A stretch of 64,000 nt of DNA, taken from assembly GCA_965235115.1 (NCBI GenBank), contig OZ249437.1, forward strand, positions 42,284,001 to 42,348,000, written 5' to 3'. The notes beneath the pieces were generated by a model. It searched no databases and was not told the DNA's origin. It saw only the letters and a program-made list of their open reading frames with translations. How positions within the stretch are numbered: the stretch's first letter is position 1; each line of letters starts with the position of its first letter. Below are positions 39,948-54,261 of this stretch, one piece after another. Source of the stretch: Laetmonice hystrix (lineage: Eukaryota). Position numbers and translations under genes: made by a program.

Positions 39948-41930
39948 TATAGTCTCCTAGTAATCCCGACTGTACCTCAGTCTATCTATATCGGATATTA
40001 TAGTCTCCTAGTAATCCCGACTGTACCTCAGTCTATCTATATCGGATATTATAGTCTCCTAGTAATCCCGACTGTACCTCAGTCTATCTATATCGGATAT
40101 TATAGTCTCCTAGTAATCCCGACGAACTGTACCTCAGTCTATCTATATCGGATATTATAGTCTCCTAGTAATCGCGACGAACTGTACCTCAGTCTATCTA
40201 TATGGGATATTATAGTCTCCTAGTAATCCCGACTGTACCTCAGTCTATCTATATCGGACATTATAGTCTCCTAGTAATCCCGACTGTACCTCAGTCTATC
40301 TATATCGGATATTATAGTCTCCTAGTAATCCCGACTGTACCTCAGTCTATCTATATCGGATATTATAGTCTCCTAGTAATCCCGACACACTGTACCTCAG
40401 TCTATCTATATCGGATATTATAGTCTCCTAGTAATCCCGACGGACTGTACCTCAGTCTATCTATATAGGATATTATAGTCTCCTAGTAATCCCGACTGTA
40501 CCTCAGTCTATCTATATCGGATATTATAGTCTCCTAGTAATCCCGACGGACTGTACCTCAGTCTATCTATATAGGATATTATAGTCTCCTAGTAATCCCG
40601 ACTGTACCTCAGTCTATCTATATCGGATATTATAGTCTCCTAGTAATCCCGACGGACTGTACCTCAGTCTATCTATATAGGATATTATAGTCTCCTAGTA
40701 ATCCCGACTGTACCTCAGTCTATCTATATCGGATATTATAGTCTCCTAGTAATCCCGACGGACTGTACCTCAGTCTATCTATATCGGATATTATAGTCTC
40801 CAAGTAATCCCGACTGTACCTCAGTCTATCTATATCGGATATTATAGTCTCCTAGTAATCCCGACTGTACCTCAGTCTATCTATATCGGATATTATAGTC
40901 TCCTAGTAATCCCGACTGTACCTCAGTCTATCTATATCGGATATTATAGTCTCCTAGTAATCCCGACTGTACCTCAGTCTATCTATATCGGACATTATTA
41001 GTCTCCTAGTAATCCCGACTGTACCTCAGTCTATCTATATCGGATATTATAGTCTCCTAGTAATCCCGACGGACTGTACCTCAGTCTATCTATATCGGAT
41101 ATTATAGTCTCCTAGTAATCCCGACTGTACCGCAGTCTATCTATATCGGATATTATAGTCTCCTAGTAATCCCGACTGTACCTCAGTCTATCTATATCGG
41201 ACATTATAGTCTCCTAGTAATCCCGACTGTACCTCAGTCTATCTATATCGGACATTATTAGTCTCCTAGTAATCCCGACTGTACCGCAGTCTATCTATAT
41301 CGGATATTATAGTCTCCTAGTAATCCCGACTGTACCTCAGTCTATCTATATCGGATATTATAGTCTCCAAGTAATCCCGACTGTACCTCAGTCTATCTAT
41401 ATCGGATATTATAGTCTCCTAGTAATCCCGACGGACTGTACCTCAGTCTATCTATATCGGATATTATAGTCTCCAAGTAATCCCGACTGTACCTCAGTCT
41501 ATCTATATCGGATATTATAGTCTCCTAGTAATCCCGACTGTACCTCAGTCTATCTATATCGGACATTATAGTCTCCTAGTAATCCCGACTGTACCTCAGT
41601 CTATCTATATCGGATATTATAGTCTCCTAGTAATCCCGACGGACTGTACCTCAGTCTATCTATATCGGACATTATAGTCTCCAAGTAATCCCGACTGTAC
41701 CTCAGTCTATCTATATCGGATATTATAGTCTCCTAGTAATCCCGACTGTACCTCAGTCTATCTATATCGGATATTATAGTCTCCTAGTAATCCCGACGGA
41801 CTGTACCTCAGTCTATCTATATCGGATATTATAGTCTCCAAGTAATCCCGACTGTACCTCAGTCTATCTATATCGGATATTATAGTCTCCTAGTAATCCC
41901 GACTGTACCTCAGTCTATCTATATCGGATA
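39948..41930. repeat. Minisatellite, 51-bp unit with 55-bp variants, about 38 copies
   Basis: Unit tatagtctcctagtaatcccgactgtacctcagtctatctatatcggatat; variants insert ggac, gaac or acac after cccgac. Confidence 0.98.
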
Positions 41931-44014
41931 AGAAGATGCTATAAATCACGGGCGTGATGTTTTTTCTAATGTCATAAAGTAGCACCAAAAACAATTTCCC
42001 TCCCGATGAACCAATTGGAGACAATCTACTAGGATTTACGAGCGCAGACTTCTCCTAAACAACGCCGCGAGTATTCAGCAGAATTTCTGAGATAATTTTC
42101 TAATGGGATCTAATTATGTGTACCTGTTAGTCCAATCTGCCGATGCCCTATTTCATCTCACTTGCTGCCGACATCAGCGAGAAAAGTGCTCTTTCCTGAC
42201 TACATTGTACGGGTAAGTGATCTGGATTAGTCTGAACAGAGGTGGGTTTAGAATAATCAAAACGGACTCGTACCGAACGGATGAAAAATCGTTCCGATTC
42301 ACTCACACGTTACATTTAGCTGCTTAACAGAAATATGATTGATCTGATCGCAGCTATATCAGAGCGGATCATACTAACTTGGCGCTATTTCTGCTGAATC
42401 ATCACTATATCCTGAGTACGAAAAGAATATTCTTTGATGGATGTTTTGATGAAATACGACCTCTTGGATTTGAGATGTAACCGGTAACGGATATAACGAC
42501 AGAAACATCGATGTGAACATAACAGATATTCACACAAATTCTGTAAGATTCAGCTTATGACATCTGTTAGAATTACGCGCATAGGTACTTTTTTCTATAG
42601 ATAAAACTTTTTTTACCTAACATCTGATATCAAATCTCCATGAGATTATAGGAGGTTTTGGAACATTTATCTCCAGACGTCACGAGTATTGTTTCCTTGA
42701 AGTAGGAGCATGTATCTCCTTTTTCTGGCCGTAATTTTTCTGGCAGCAATCAGAACGAATTGTAGTAAGAGTGAACGTGGCCCGGCCAGGGCTAACATGG
42801 CCGTTGGTCCGGTCCTGGCTTGTCAGGTCTGTCGATAACCAACCCTCTGACACGCAATGGCCTCATACCTACTCTGTGTCTGCAAGCCCGTTATCCTCAC
42901 CGCCACCAGATCAAAGAACTCCCAATCCTTCCACACGGCCCTGCCATGGAACCTTCACGGGGTGATGTCGTCGTCCGTCGTTGTGTGGCGTGGTGGCGAC
43001 ACTCGTGAACGGCCAAACCTGGCTGGCTTGACATGGCCTGGTTTATACTAGAATTAATTGGATCAGGCTCGGGGAGCTTGGTCCCTCCCGGTTTAATCAG
43101 AGTCTAGGTTACTCAATGATCCTTTCAGATTCTTCTCCTTGGCTGTCCTCCTCTCCCTCCTTCTCCTCCATAGACGTCCGTTCCAATCTCTGTCACGTGG
43201 TGCAGGCGACTTGCCACAGTACGGCTGGGTTCAGACCCGATCTGTTCCCACTCTGACATCATCAGCAGTTTCCACTAGAAATCACCTTTTGAACTGAGAA
43301 TTAAACGTTCGTGTAGCTAACGGAAGACAGAATGAGAGCGTGTTGGCTTAAAATAACTATCTGCTGACCAATGGGTTTCTTTAATTCAAAGGCATCAGTT
43401 GAGCTTACATTTTCTCCATTGACCAAAATATCCACAGAAGGTCAGAAGAGCTTGTAAAAAAGACGTTCTTATTATTACTCGGAGAAGATGAGTACTGCGA
43501 CATTCGTCACGAAAACCAAGAGGTTGTCCGCGATGATTGCACGTGGAACCTTTTACCGCTGGATGTTCTTACAGATATTAAGTCCTTGTCTTATTAAGTC
43601 ATTGTGTTATTAAGTCCTTGCCTCTACAGTACTGAAAAGGGCTTGCGTGAATCGAAAACACTTCTACTAATTTAGAACATTTATTCTGTATATAAATGTA
43701 TCTTATGAAAGGGCACCACTTGGCAATGAAGACCATGTTATACGTAATGTAGAACTCGTATTTCTTTATACATTATTCAACATATAAGGATATTAGGAAA
43801 AGGTCAACAAATATTCCCTGATATATAAGATCAAAGAACTGCAGATGGGCTAAAACATTCGTTATCTGAATCTAATGTATTCCAGGTGTTCGATCCAGGA
43901 TTTTCTGCTTGAACCTTAAAGCAATCAGCGAGTATCTGTCATTTCAATCGGTCCAACATGCAGACATGGGCTGTTAGATTAGATAAGGCCTTAGACTACA
44001 TAAACCAATAAAGG

Positions 44015-44166
44015 TATACCCACAGAAATCTAATGAAATTCAACATTCTTTTGTCGCCATGCCAGGCAACGATTTTGTCAACAACCAGCCATAAGGCGAT
44101 CGCTTAATAGCGACAACAGAACTGGAATGTTTAATTTCATTAGATTTCTCCATTTCTGTGGGTATA
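44015..44166. mobile_element. TA-flanked foldback MITE (Tc1/mariner-type target site), about 150 bp
   Basis: Left arm tatacccacagaaatctaatgaaattcaacattc..tgtcgc pairs with right arm gcgaca..gaatgtttaatttcattagatttctccatttctgtgggtata apart from two indels; TA on both sides. Confidence 0.65.
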
Positions 44167-45054
44167 TGTACAGCCCATGTCTACATTTCGGAGTCATTGA
44201 AATAAGAGATTCTCGCTGATTGTTTTAACGGATATCATGTCCTGTTAGGCGGAATCCCTTCCGTGCTAAGCCGATTATCCCTACATCCGCCGACTGCCGT
44301 AGCACCGATTTAATCCACATCTGCTCTAGCACCATTTTATCCTCGTGTCCCGGTACAGATAACTCTGTTTTCAGCATTATTATCTTAGTAAGATCCCGGT
44401 AATAGATTCCTGCACGTCGACCAATCAGGTGTGGCGAAACAACACTATTACGGAGTCTCCTAATTAAAATGACTTTAGATTTTACGGACACACGCAATGC
44501 GACTATAATTAGGCGGAGGTTGCAGGGCCATTCTCGGCTATAAGTATCCTTGATCTTGTTCAACCCATCAGGTAGGAGATTGAGTTCATCAGGTGGGAGC
44601 ACAGATTGAGTCCAGTATTGCTGCGAAAACACACCTTTGCACGGAACACGGACCTTGTTCACCAAGGCTGACATCCAATACTTGATATGAGTGTTAATCT
44701 CAGTTCTGTACCAGAAATAATTCCCGTCAGGTACGGCATCAAACAAATCAATGTAAAGTCATTACTCTCCTTCACACAATACAAAATATAACTGAATGGA
44801 AAAATAGGAGAGAGAAAAAAAATGACTATTTCCATTCGAGGACCAGCTGCTCAATATTGTCGTCGACAAATATGAAGGCGACTGGCAAATCGTGAACAGA
44901 CCATTATGAAACTGCTTTAATTCCATTCTCATACGATAACATTTTCTCCCAGCTCCCAAGTTGGCAACATTCAAGGGGAGGCAGAATTTTATCTAACTCA
45001 GTGGCTTCGTGATTTACACTTTCCCTGGCCACGAACGACAAAAACAGAAAAGAA

Positions 45055-45534
45055 AGGGGTCCTTTATACAGTGTACATTGTCCTCCAGGGGTCCTTTATA
45101 CAGTGTACATTGTCCTCCAGGGGTCCTTTATACAGTGTACATTGTCCTCCAGGGGTCCTTTATACAGTGTACATTGTCCTCCAGGGGTCCTTTATACAGT
45201 GTTCATTGTCCTCCAGGGGTCCTTTATACAGTGTACATTGTCCTCCAGGGGTCCTTTATACAGTGTACATTGTCCTCCAGGGGTCCTTTATACAGTGTAC
45301 ATTGTCCTCCAGGGGTCCTTTATACAGTGTACATTGTCCTCCAGGGGTCCTTTATACAGTGTTTATTGTCCTCCAGGGGTCCTTTATACAGTGTACATTG
45401 TCCTCCAGGGGTCCTTTATACAGTGTACATTGTCCTCCAGGGGTCCTTTATACAGTGTTCATTGTCCTCCAGGGGTCCTTTATACAGTGTTCATTGTCCT
45501 CCAGGGGTCCTTTATACAGTGTACATTGTCCTCC
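45055..45534. repeat. Minisatellite, 32-bp unit, 15 copies
   Basis: Unit aggggtcctttatacagtgtacattgtcctcc; explains ORFs 45009-45712. Confidence 0.98.
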
Positions 45535-48500
45535 TTTCTATAACATGAAGGACCCCGAACTCCCTGGTTATAAACTGTTTCCCCTCTCCTCCTGCCTGTC
45601 CTTCCATCATCTTCGTTCTGCCCGGCCCCATCATCGACGGTACCTCACCCCCTCCCCGCCCCGAGCTTTGTGCGCCCTCCTGAGGTGTTACTTAGTGACC
45701 ACCCGTCTGTGAGTAGCATATGAAATGGCCCTATAAAACCTGAAGACCTCCGGAATCCATACCCACTTACTGCACTTTGGGGCCGGTCGTAAAAACACTC
45801 CCAGGCTCGGCAGCATGAGTAAATAACAGTGTGCATATGGCTGAACTGGGCTCTCAACACTACCGTCTTCAGAGGACGGCAAGACAGTGGTGAGTGTACG
45901 TGACCTGCACACAACGGCACGAGGAGCAACTCTAATCATACACGACACAGGTACCTACCAGGGGTCCGCCGGGGTCAGCATGGAATAACACAGCGAATAG
46001 TTGCCGTGCTCACTTGTGTTTAAATGGTAATGCATCACCGTCAATTGTTCAAACCACTGCTGGTACAGTGCCTTTAAAACATTAGAATTCTCGTGGTTAA
46101 GTTTCCCAAGTTTTTCTTACCTTTTCCGTGCAAAGCATGCTTTAAGTGTGCCAGCTGGCTTCCTGATTCCGATGAGATTGCTGTCGCGATCTCATGCCAT
46201 GCGAATCTCAACTTCTTTGATTAGTATGAAAGAAATGTATTGCCCTTCGCTTTGAAATCTTTGCCTCCGCAAATTGTTTTTCATTCACGGCGTGATGATT
46301 AAAAAACCTTAAGTATTAAAATATTCTTTGTCTGCCTGAATTCCTTTCATATCTTAATTACTTCCCCCTCCCTTCCCAAGGAAAAAAATCCTGATGCACT
46401 TCACTGTATTGGGTGCTTTCTCTAAGAAAGCGAGGCCTTTGTGATCCAAAGCCATTCTGCTTAGAAAATCTACCAGTGGAAAAGAGAGAAAACTGGGTCA
46501 GTAAATAGAGGGGTATGGATGGGTGTTAAACGACACCCAACGGATATGGCCGGTAGGAATACATTCACACCCACCACCTGCATTCAGGACAAAGACGGGT
46601 CGATTTCAGTCTTTATTTGAAGGCGTGCTTTCTGAGGCAGTCGTCGTGCTTGCGTTGATTAAACTGCTCACCTGTTTAGAAATAACAAGCTATTGCACCA
46701 AGGGGGACGATGCATTAGGTGTTTGATTTATTGACAATGCCATACTTATTTTTTTAGGATTGCTCAACTTCTAAGACTAGTTTGTAGACTGCCCGTCGCA
46801 TACATTAGTGTTGGAGAGAGCAAGCATCCCTGTAGTCGCACATTTACACCACTATCATTATCCGAGTACTGAGTGTTACCATTCTCTGATCAACAGTACA
46901 CATTGAACAATATCTGGACAGAACACCTGCACCACGAAGCAGGTGTCATGCCAAATTATTCAGCCCCTAGACTTGGCCATTTAAAGGTATGCCTTGCGCG
47001 GAATTCTTGTCAATAATTCTTGTTAAACTATATCAATTTTACCGCCTTTTATTTTGATAGTGGGAATCATCCTTGAACCTGCAGCGGCTTCTAGGAAACG
47101 GCTAAAACGGCCGTACAGAACGGCTAAAAACGCAGCGCTTTTTTCGTTTGGGAAAGTTCTACGTTTGAAGAATTTCTCTTCATCAAAGAAGGAGTCACTT
47201 AAAAATACGAATGTCATTACTATGTAATACACCCGCACGTGCATAGTGCGCCGACTCGCCATGTTTATGACGCCATATATCACGGGTCAGCAGACGCCGA
47301 CGGCCTGGATCGCTCGAGCTTCCGGTAATCTTTCTTGAACATCTTTTCCACTGTCGACAGCTTCCTGCTAGCCGGAAAATGGCAAGACAATATATAATCT
47401 GTCTAATACATAGGCACATCCTCCATTTTAAAGGTTACGGTAAACGAATGCCGTCAACGGGAACACTGGATATAGCGGGTGAAGGGGAAAATGGTTCAGG
47501 GCAGGAGTGTGACCCCCAAATGGTGTATTTAGAACCTTAAGCACAACATCATTCATCTCACCAGGGTTCATTCAATGAGGAGTTCCAACACTCTCTGTTT
47601 CCAGACAGTCTCAATAGATCAAAACTTCTAAGCAGCACTCCCGGTGTCAGTTTACGTACTTTTGATATATAGACGAGACATTTTTAAAATATAAGTTTCA
47701 AACGAGAGAGGCATATATTTATGCCGTCGCAAAACATTATCCCCATCGTATTCACTACGCAGTGTTTTAGCATTGTTACTTAAAGGATCACATATAATCA
47801 TACTTTGGAGAAAGAGTGATCCATTATCAAAGATAATCCTTTCACATCACCTGTTCTTTATCCTTTATACTTAAGTCTTCCTCCATTATATGAATAACAG
47901 TTTTTTTTATATCCGTGTCCCTGACGATGGATAAGTACCTTGGATATGGGGAGAAATGTAGCATTTTACATTGCTGTAGCAACGGTCTATTGACGGCTAT
48001 TTACGATACCATGAGCTCTTGGGAAAACTCACTAACAGGCGGCTCTATCAGATTGCCGTTTGTCATGACACTAATCATGACTGTGCCGATAAAAGAGCTT
48101 GCCAAGTGATGAGGTCTGCAAAATGACTCATATAAAGTCAACCATATCATAACAGTTATGACGGTAGTCATGCTCCGTACGTATTAGGTGCCCCCTGCAA
48201 GGCCTTGCAAGTTTACCATCTGCCTTCAACTGCGAACTTCCAGACAAGGATATCAGCCAGGTACAGTAGCATGGCTCGAGGCGGGTCGGCCTAATCAAAG
48301 CCGGGGTCAAGCGAGGACAATGGAGCATGCAGGCTATTAATGGCACATATTACACTGGTTTGTGAACGGCATGGCTGGGGGCGAGTTCCTGACAGCTGTC
48401 ATGGGGGTAACAGTCCAGAGAGGATTTTCTTGTTCAGAACTGAATGGCGCGGCACATTGCCGTGAGCGCCAAGACCAATGCTCTGGGACATGACTGCCCT

Positions 48501-50673
48501 TTACCAAAGTGACGCCTATGAAGTTAACTAATATTAGCTGACGCTTAAATGTGAAATTCCATCTCTTTTGTTAGTGAAGGCGGTGGCTTTGTCTAACAAC
48601 GGGCGAATTTTTAAGTTTTAGAGTCAGAATTATAAGTGATGAAATAAAAATTAGGTCGCCAAACTCGTCTAACACATCGTGCTGTCATTACCACTGCTGC
48701 TAAATCTGTTACAACCAGTGAATGCTTTAGAAGTGATCCACATTCGTGCATACAGGTAAAACTCAACCAGGATCATCATCACCAGGATCATCAGCACCCA
48801 GGATCATCATCACCCAAAGCTACTGCCGATGTCCCTGTCCCCTGCAGTCTGCCGGGCTACCAGGAACGCTGATGAAAATGACGTGCTTCGTATGGCTGAC
48901 GGACCTGTCGAATATCATTCCCAAGTATTCATTACGAAATTTTACCAATTGCACAATGACACCATGCTCTGTTGACCTCGTGGTCAAAATTCGGTGGCCA
49001 ATGACATGCTGACATGGCAGGACAGGTCAGCGTAATTTGACCGGACCCCAGTTTCATCAGGCTAGTATTCCCACGACTGTAGTTCCGGCCAGTCGAGCCA
49101 CATTAACGACCACTGCAGGACCTTCAGGGAGAGTCATGACCAGCTTGTGTCCCATGCATAATTTACTGACTCTATTTGGAACCCAATGCAAGATCAAAAG
49201 GCTTTTACTCTCACGTGTCCTCTGTTGCTGTATGCCCTCGATACTTTCTAAGCTACTTTTTAATGACTTTCCTTTGGCCTAAAAAAGGACCATACATCAG
49301 CCATCAAGGTACAATAATCAAACGTTGGTCTGGAGAAACAACAACGAATTTATAACCACACCACAGCGACTTGATGTCTCATGAGGCCACGTCCAACAAT
49401 CGATGGTCCCAGCGGTAGCAACCAGTTCCCAGATTAAACTCCGACCCAGGTAAAAACCCGACGGACGGCATGTAATGTGATTTAAAAAGGCTGGTTCGTA
49501 AAAAATCGACGAAAAGCATAAACGAATCGATGTGCACTGTGTATGAAGTTTTTATATTAACCATATTTAACCAGGATTACCACTCGGCTATAAATGCCGT
49601 TACAAATGTAGGGTCCTGGGGTAGAAAACACAACAAAAGTATTTACATTCAAAACCCCAGACGTAGCACAACTACACATACAAAGTACACATACATAGTA
49701 GCCTTAACACAATGGCTAAGTGAATAGGCAAATAAATGTTGTTATAAAAAAAGGGTCAGTTGTAGGCACTCAAGAGTTTCCGGGTGCTTTTACCCCCTCC
49801 TCGTGCGGAAGGCGGCAGATCTAATATCTATAATGACAATATGGAAGAAACTGCTTTACTTCTGATTAAACAGAAGCCCTGCTTCATCTAAACCCATCTT
49901 ACACGAGAGGCTGCTTGCCGGTGAGTGACACAGATTTGGATTAGCATCACAGGTTCTAAACCTATTATCTTCTCAGATGTGCAGTTTCTGCACTTTCAAT
50001 CATTTATGAATGTCATAATGGGGTGCTTGCAAAGGGACGGGATTGACCACATTGCTTCATAGTCGCTAAGGAAGATTACGGTGTCCTGGCATTTCATCAA
50101 TACGTATTACAAAACCTGACATCTTCTCACCGCTTCCTTTTTTAAGCTGACACACTTCTCCCTTCTTGTGTAAAGTTTGAAATATGGAAGTAATTTTGAG
50201 CTCCTGTTCACGTCTGAGACTGCGTGATTTATTAGGAACTAAGTAATGGCAACGGTTAGCAGGAAAAATATAATAAGATGGAAGAGTTATGAGACTGGTA
50301 GATTCATCTGTCATCCTAACGTGACAAACGAACAACTCGCTCTTTAAAGCTCTTTCATTTCATAACTGAATCCTTACAAATGACATCTAATTTTGATGCA
50401 GCAGCACTGGAGTTTCTTAAGCCACGTGTTCACTGAATAACCATTGGCGCATCTTCTGTAGCCAGCATGGAACAATGACAATAGCCGGCACGTCCCGTGC
50501 TAGATTGTCACATTAGTGTGTACCCGGCCATGAGGCAAGCTGCCGTCGCCAAATTATGCCTGCCTACAGCCACCTCTGGCCGCTGACAGGCCTCGGCCTA
50601 TGGATTCTGGCAACTTTTTCTTCATAGGTGGTGCTACCCTCCCGATATATGTGGCGTTGTTCTTAAAAAAAGA

Positions 50674-50998
50674 AATACGCACGGACAAGGAAACACAAGT
50701 AGGCCTGTGGCCGACCAGTGGGAGCAACATTGGGTATAAGGACGATGAAGACACAATACGCACGAACAAGGGAACACAAGTAGGTCTAAATGTGGCCGAC
50801 CAGTGGGAGCAACATTGGGTATAAGGACGATGAAGACACAATACGTACGAACAAGGGAACACAAGTAGGCCTAAATGTGGCCGACCAGTGGGAGGAACAT
50901 TGGGTATGACGATGAAGACACAATACGCACGAACAAGGGAACACAAGTAGGCCTAAATGTGGCCGACCAGTGGGAGCAACATTGGGTAAGGACGATGA
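50674..50998. repeat. Tandem repeat, 81-85-bp unit, about 4 copies
   Basis: acacaagtagg recurs at 50693, 50774, 50859 and 50941. Confidence 0.93.
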
Positions 50999-52138
50999 CT
51001 GTTGTTATATCCGGTATTATATCAAAAACATCCATCTATAGATTCTTATTGAGGTCAGGAGCACCTACAAACTAATCGTAACCATTAGCGGCCTAACCTA
51101 GGCATGTAGAAAGTGTTCCTTCCCCTGCCCTATCTCAACCCTTCCTGTGCATATCGTGCTGAGACCACACGTACAATACTGCAGACCTCAGCGACAGTAT
51201 TGGTCCAGGCTATTTGTTCCACAGAATAGCCACCCTTACATTTGGTTACCAAGGCTACAGGTTTTTTCTCCAATCCTTATCGTGTGAAAAGGGCGGTCGT
51301 CTTTAGGTTGGTGCCAGGAATAAAATATCGGAATCAATATGCATAATTCAGATTTACCTTACATGCAATGCAGATTCATTCTTTGGCCGGGGTTGAAGTA
51401 AAAATACAGAGACCAAATGTGTTTTCCCAACGTCGCCATCACTCCGTTCACCGACTGCTTCGGTTTTCAGGGCCACTCAAAGATGAAGCCTTGAAGTAGA
51501 GTTAACTTTGATAATTGACGTCATGGATTGTTTCAATCAGTTTACAATGATGGATAATATAGCGGCTAACTTCTTTCTCCCAAAGCTGTGTTCGCTAAAC
51601 GCGATTTTTTTCTAGCTTGCCGTTAATAAGCAAGGATGTAGTAGGGAAGGACCTCCATAGCGTTGGGCCCAAATTAACCACTTCTATTCTCAGGCCTATC
51701 AATATCACAGCACCCCTCCTCCTTCAGAATCCCTATTAGTCGTTTGTTAATTGCTGAGCAGGGGAAGTTTGCGATTGGTTGCACCTGCCATGCATCACGA
51801 GTTTGGAACTGGTGCCACAGAATGTAAGGATCATTAATAGTACCAACCAGCCAGCAACACTTCCCCCATTAGCAACAAGCCCATCAATACCAGCCACGTA
51901 GAAACTACATCAAACAAACGCACCAAAGCCTGGACCCGAGCCTTGTGAAGACCACTTAAAACGGGAGGTTTTCTCGGCGTAAGAATTCCTCGAATGTATC
52001 TCGCCTGGGTTCCTGCTGCGTCTACAAGCGCTGGTAATTACACTGCTTTGACATTCGAAGCCGTTGCCATGCAGAGTCAGAACTTTGTCTAATTTATTCT
52101 GAGGTTCAGTACAAAAATCTAGTATGGTATGTTTGCAG

Positions 52139-52560
52139 CACCGCCATCAGACCAGGGAGAAGAAAAACGCTCTTCCAGCTAAGAGCAAGGTATTTATCGG
52201 ACATGCTGGTAAGTTCTGCGTCCATTATATTCACTATCAATCGGTCTTTTCAGGGGGTCTTATTGAATAAAAGACTCCACATTTCATGACACGCATCAAA
52301 AATAGAGCTTTGCAATCTAAATCTGTATGGGATTAACGTTGTATGAAATGCTACATGTATTATTGTCGGCTGTCCTGTTTGAAGACTATGAGGAGATGGA
52401 AGGCGCACTGACCTCGCTGAGTTCACACAGCGGCTCGCAGCAGAACACTGTCCATAGAAAGCCACGCTGTCCCACCAAAATATCTCCTCTTTTCATGGAG
52501 TCCATTTCTCACAGCCACGCCGTTATGCCACGGCTACACAGATCTCAGCTCCGGGGTTAA
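52139..52560 (+). CDS. Candidate two-exon fragment (52139-52208 joined to 52385-52560), product unknown
   Basis: gtttgcag acceptor, G/gtaagt donor at 52209, ctgtttgaag acceptor at 52384; spliced frame HRHQTREKKNALPAKSKVFIGHADYEEMEGALTSLSSH... is open to a stop. Confidence 0.2.
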
Positions 52561-53543
52561 AGTGTCAACTTCTTTACATTCAGCATCACTCCTCTGATCC
52601 TGTTGAGCCCTATCATTAGTGAAAAAGGGAAATGCTGTTATCCCCAACGTTAGAAGCCGTCTCCCCAATTTCATCATCTTGCCAACTAGCCAGCGTGTGA
52701 CCTTAGAATGACCTCGTCATGGTGAAGGTCAAAGTCATTACCAACTGGGCCGATTATGATGTATGTGATAGGAGGTAGCCAGGCATGCACACAACAGTCG
52801 ACATTGATGCATTAGGATTATTGAGCATTCAATTCCACTGCTTACACCCTCTACGCCCTGACTATGATCTATTACAGAAAGAATTTCCAAGGCATATTCT
52901 CCGCAATATTTTTCTCAGAGTGACCTTAACACGGTCAGACTCTGATGTTTCTAGTGAAAGTTGTGTAGACTCAGGACCAGTAGCAATTTAACACAATGTC
53001 GGCCACAATATTTGTCTTCATATATTTGACGCCCAAGAAAGCTATTAAAATATTGAAATAGCATTGTTTTATCATTTTCCTTTTATTGTTTGGCTCGTGT
53101 ACAATGCTGATGAAGTACGTATGTAAACAGTAGCGGTCAATATTGATTTTAATATCTGTAGATTGTACATTTTATACCCACAATAATAATAGTTGACAGC
53201 TTTAACTTGGATAATTAAATAAAAAATCTGCTGTGATTATTTTCCTTTTGAGGGCCGGAGATTCATATTTACTGCATTTTATTACTTTTTTTGAAGACGG
53301 GCCTTAAGGGGCCATGGGTTTATAAAAATATATTTCAAGCCTGATATTCCATCATGAGTGAGAAGGTATCTTTAGAAGTTTTCCAAGAATCATAGAGAAT
53401 GCGTACAAGTGACTACATGACCTGATTGATCACTACTGTAAGACTTCATGTGACTCCGGTTGACCTCGCATGAGATGTAGCCACTGAGTGCACGCCTTGT
53501 TTACGGCAATCAATAGAAAACACTGGCTGCTGATGGTTGATCC

Positions 53544-53578
53544 TGATTGGCTGATTCAGGAGGCGCCTCCGCCAATCA
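53544..53578. promoter_or_regulatory. Inverted CCAAT boxes around a 12-bp palindrome
   Basis: tgattggc (53544-51), ggaggcgcctcc (53559-70) and gccaatca (53571-78). Confidence 0.3.
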
Positions 53579-53947
53579 TGACTGATACCACGTATTGTCT
53601 GTGAGAATCGACTACCAACATTCAACAAAACGGACTGAGACCCTCCATTAGGTTTCTTTCTCCCCAGATTTTAACTAGGTCTTTGTCTCTTTCACGTCTT
53701 AAGACTGGGGAGGAACAAAGAACCCCAGCAGCCCCTTCCTCTAAGACAGGATCATGTGTCAACGTTTTTTTCATCAGAGATGGGTGAGTTAACGGCATGC
53801 AGTGTGAACCGGTAATGATCAGGGTGTGCCGATGACTAATCAAACAAAAGTCACTTTTTCCCCCTTTGCAATTTCTCCCTTTCAATTTTGTTTTTGACTT
53901 AAGACATCTATTATCTGGTGCATGAATCAGACACTTTCTGATGGAGC

Positions 53948-54043
53948 GCCGGTGTTAGACTGACAATGAATGCCGGTGTTAGACTGACAATGAATGCCGG
54001 TGTTAGACTGACAATGAATGCCGGTGTTAGACTGACAATGAAT
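53948..54043. repeat. Tandem repeat, 24-bp unit, 4 copies
   Basis: gccggtgttagactgacaatgaat x4. Confidence 0.95.
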
Positions 54044-54261
54044 GTCGGAGATCCCGTCAGAAGAATTTCATGTGTCGTGTCAGCAAGTGCCTTTTTTTCT
54101 CCATTCATTGACTGAGTAACGAGAATGAAACTCAGTCAGGCCTGTAGTAAGACTTCACCTCTATACAGGTGACGGTTTGTACTAAGGACATTCTGTACCT
54201 ACAATGAAGGTCACTGGTTATACGGGGGCAAGTTTCTTGAAAAGGTACTGCGTCTACCACA

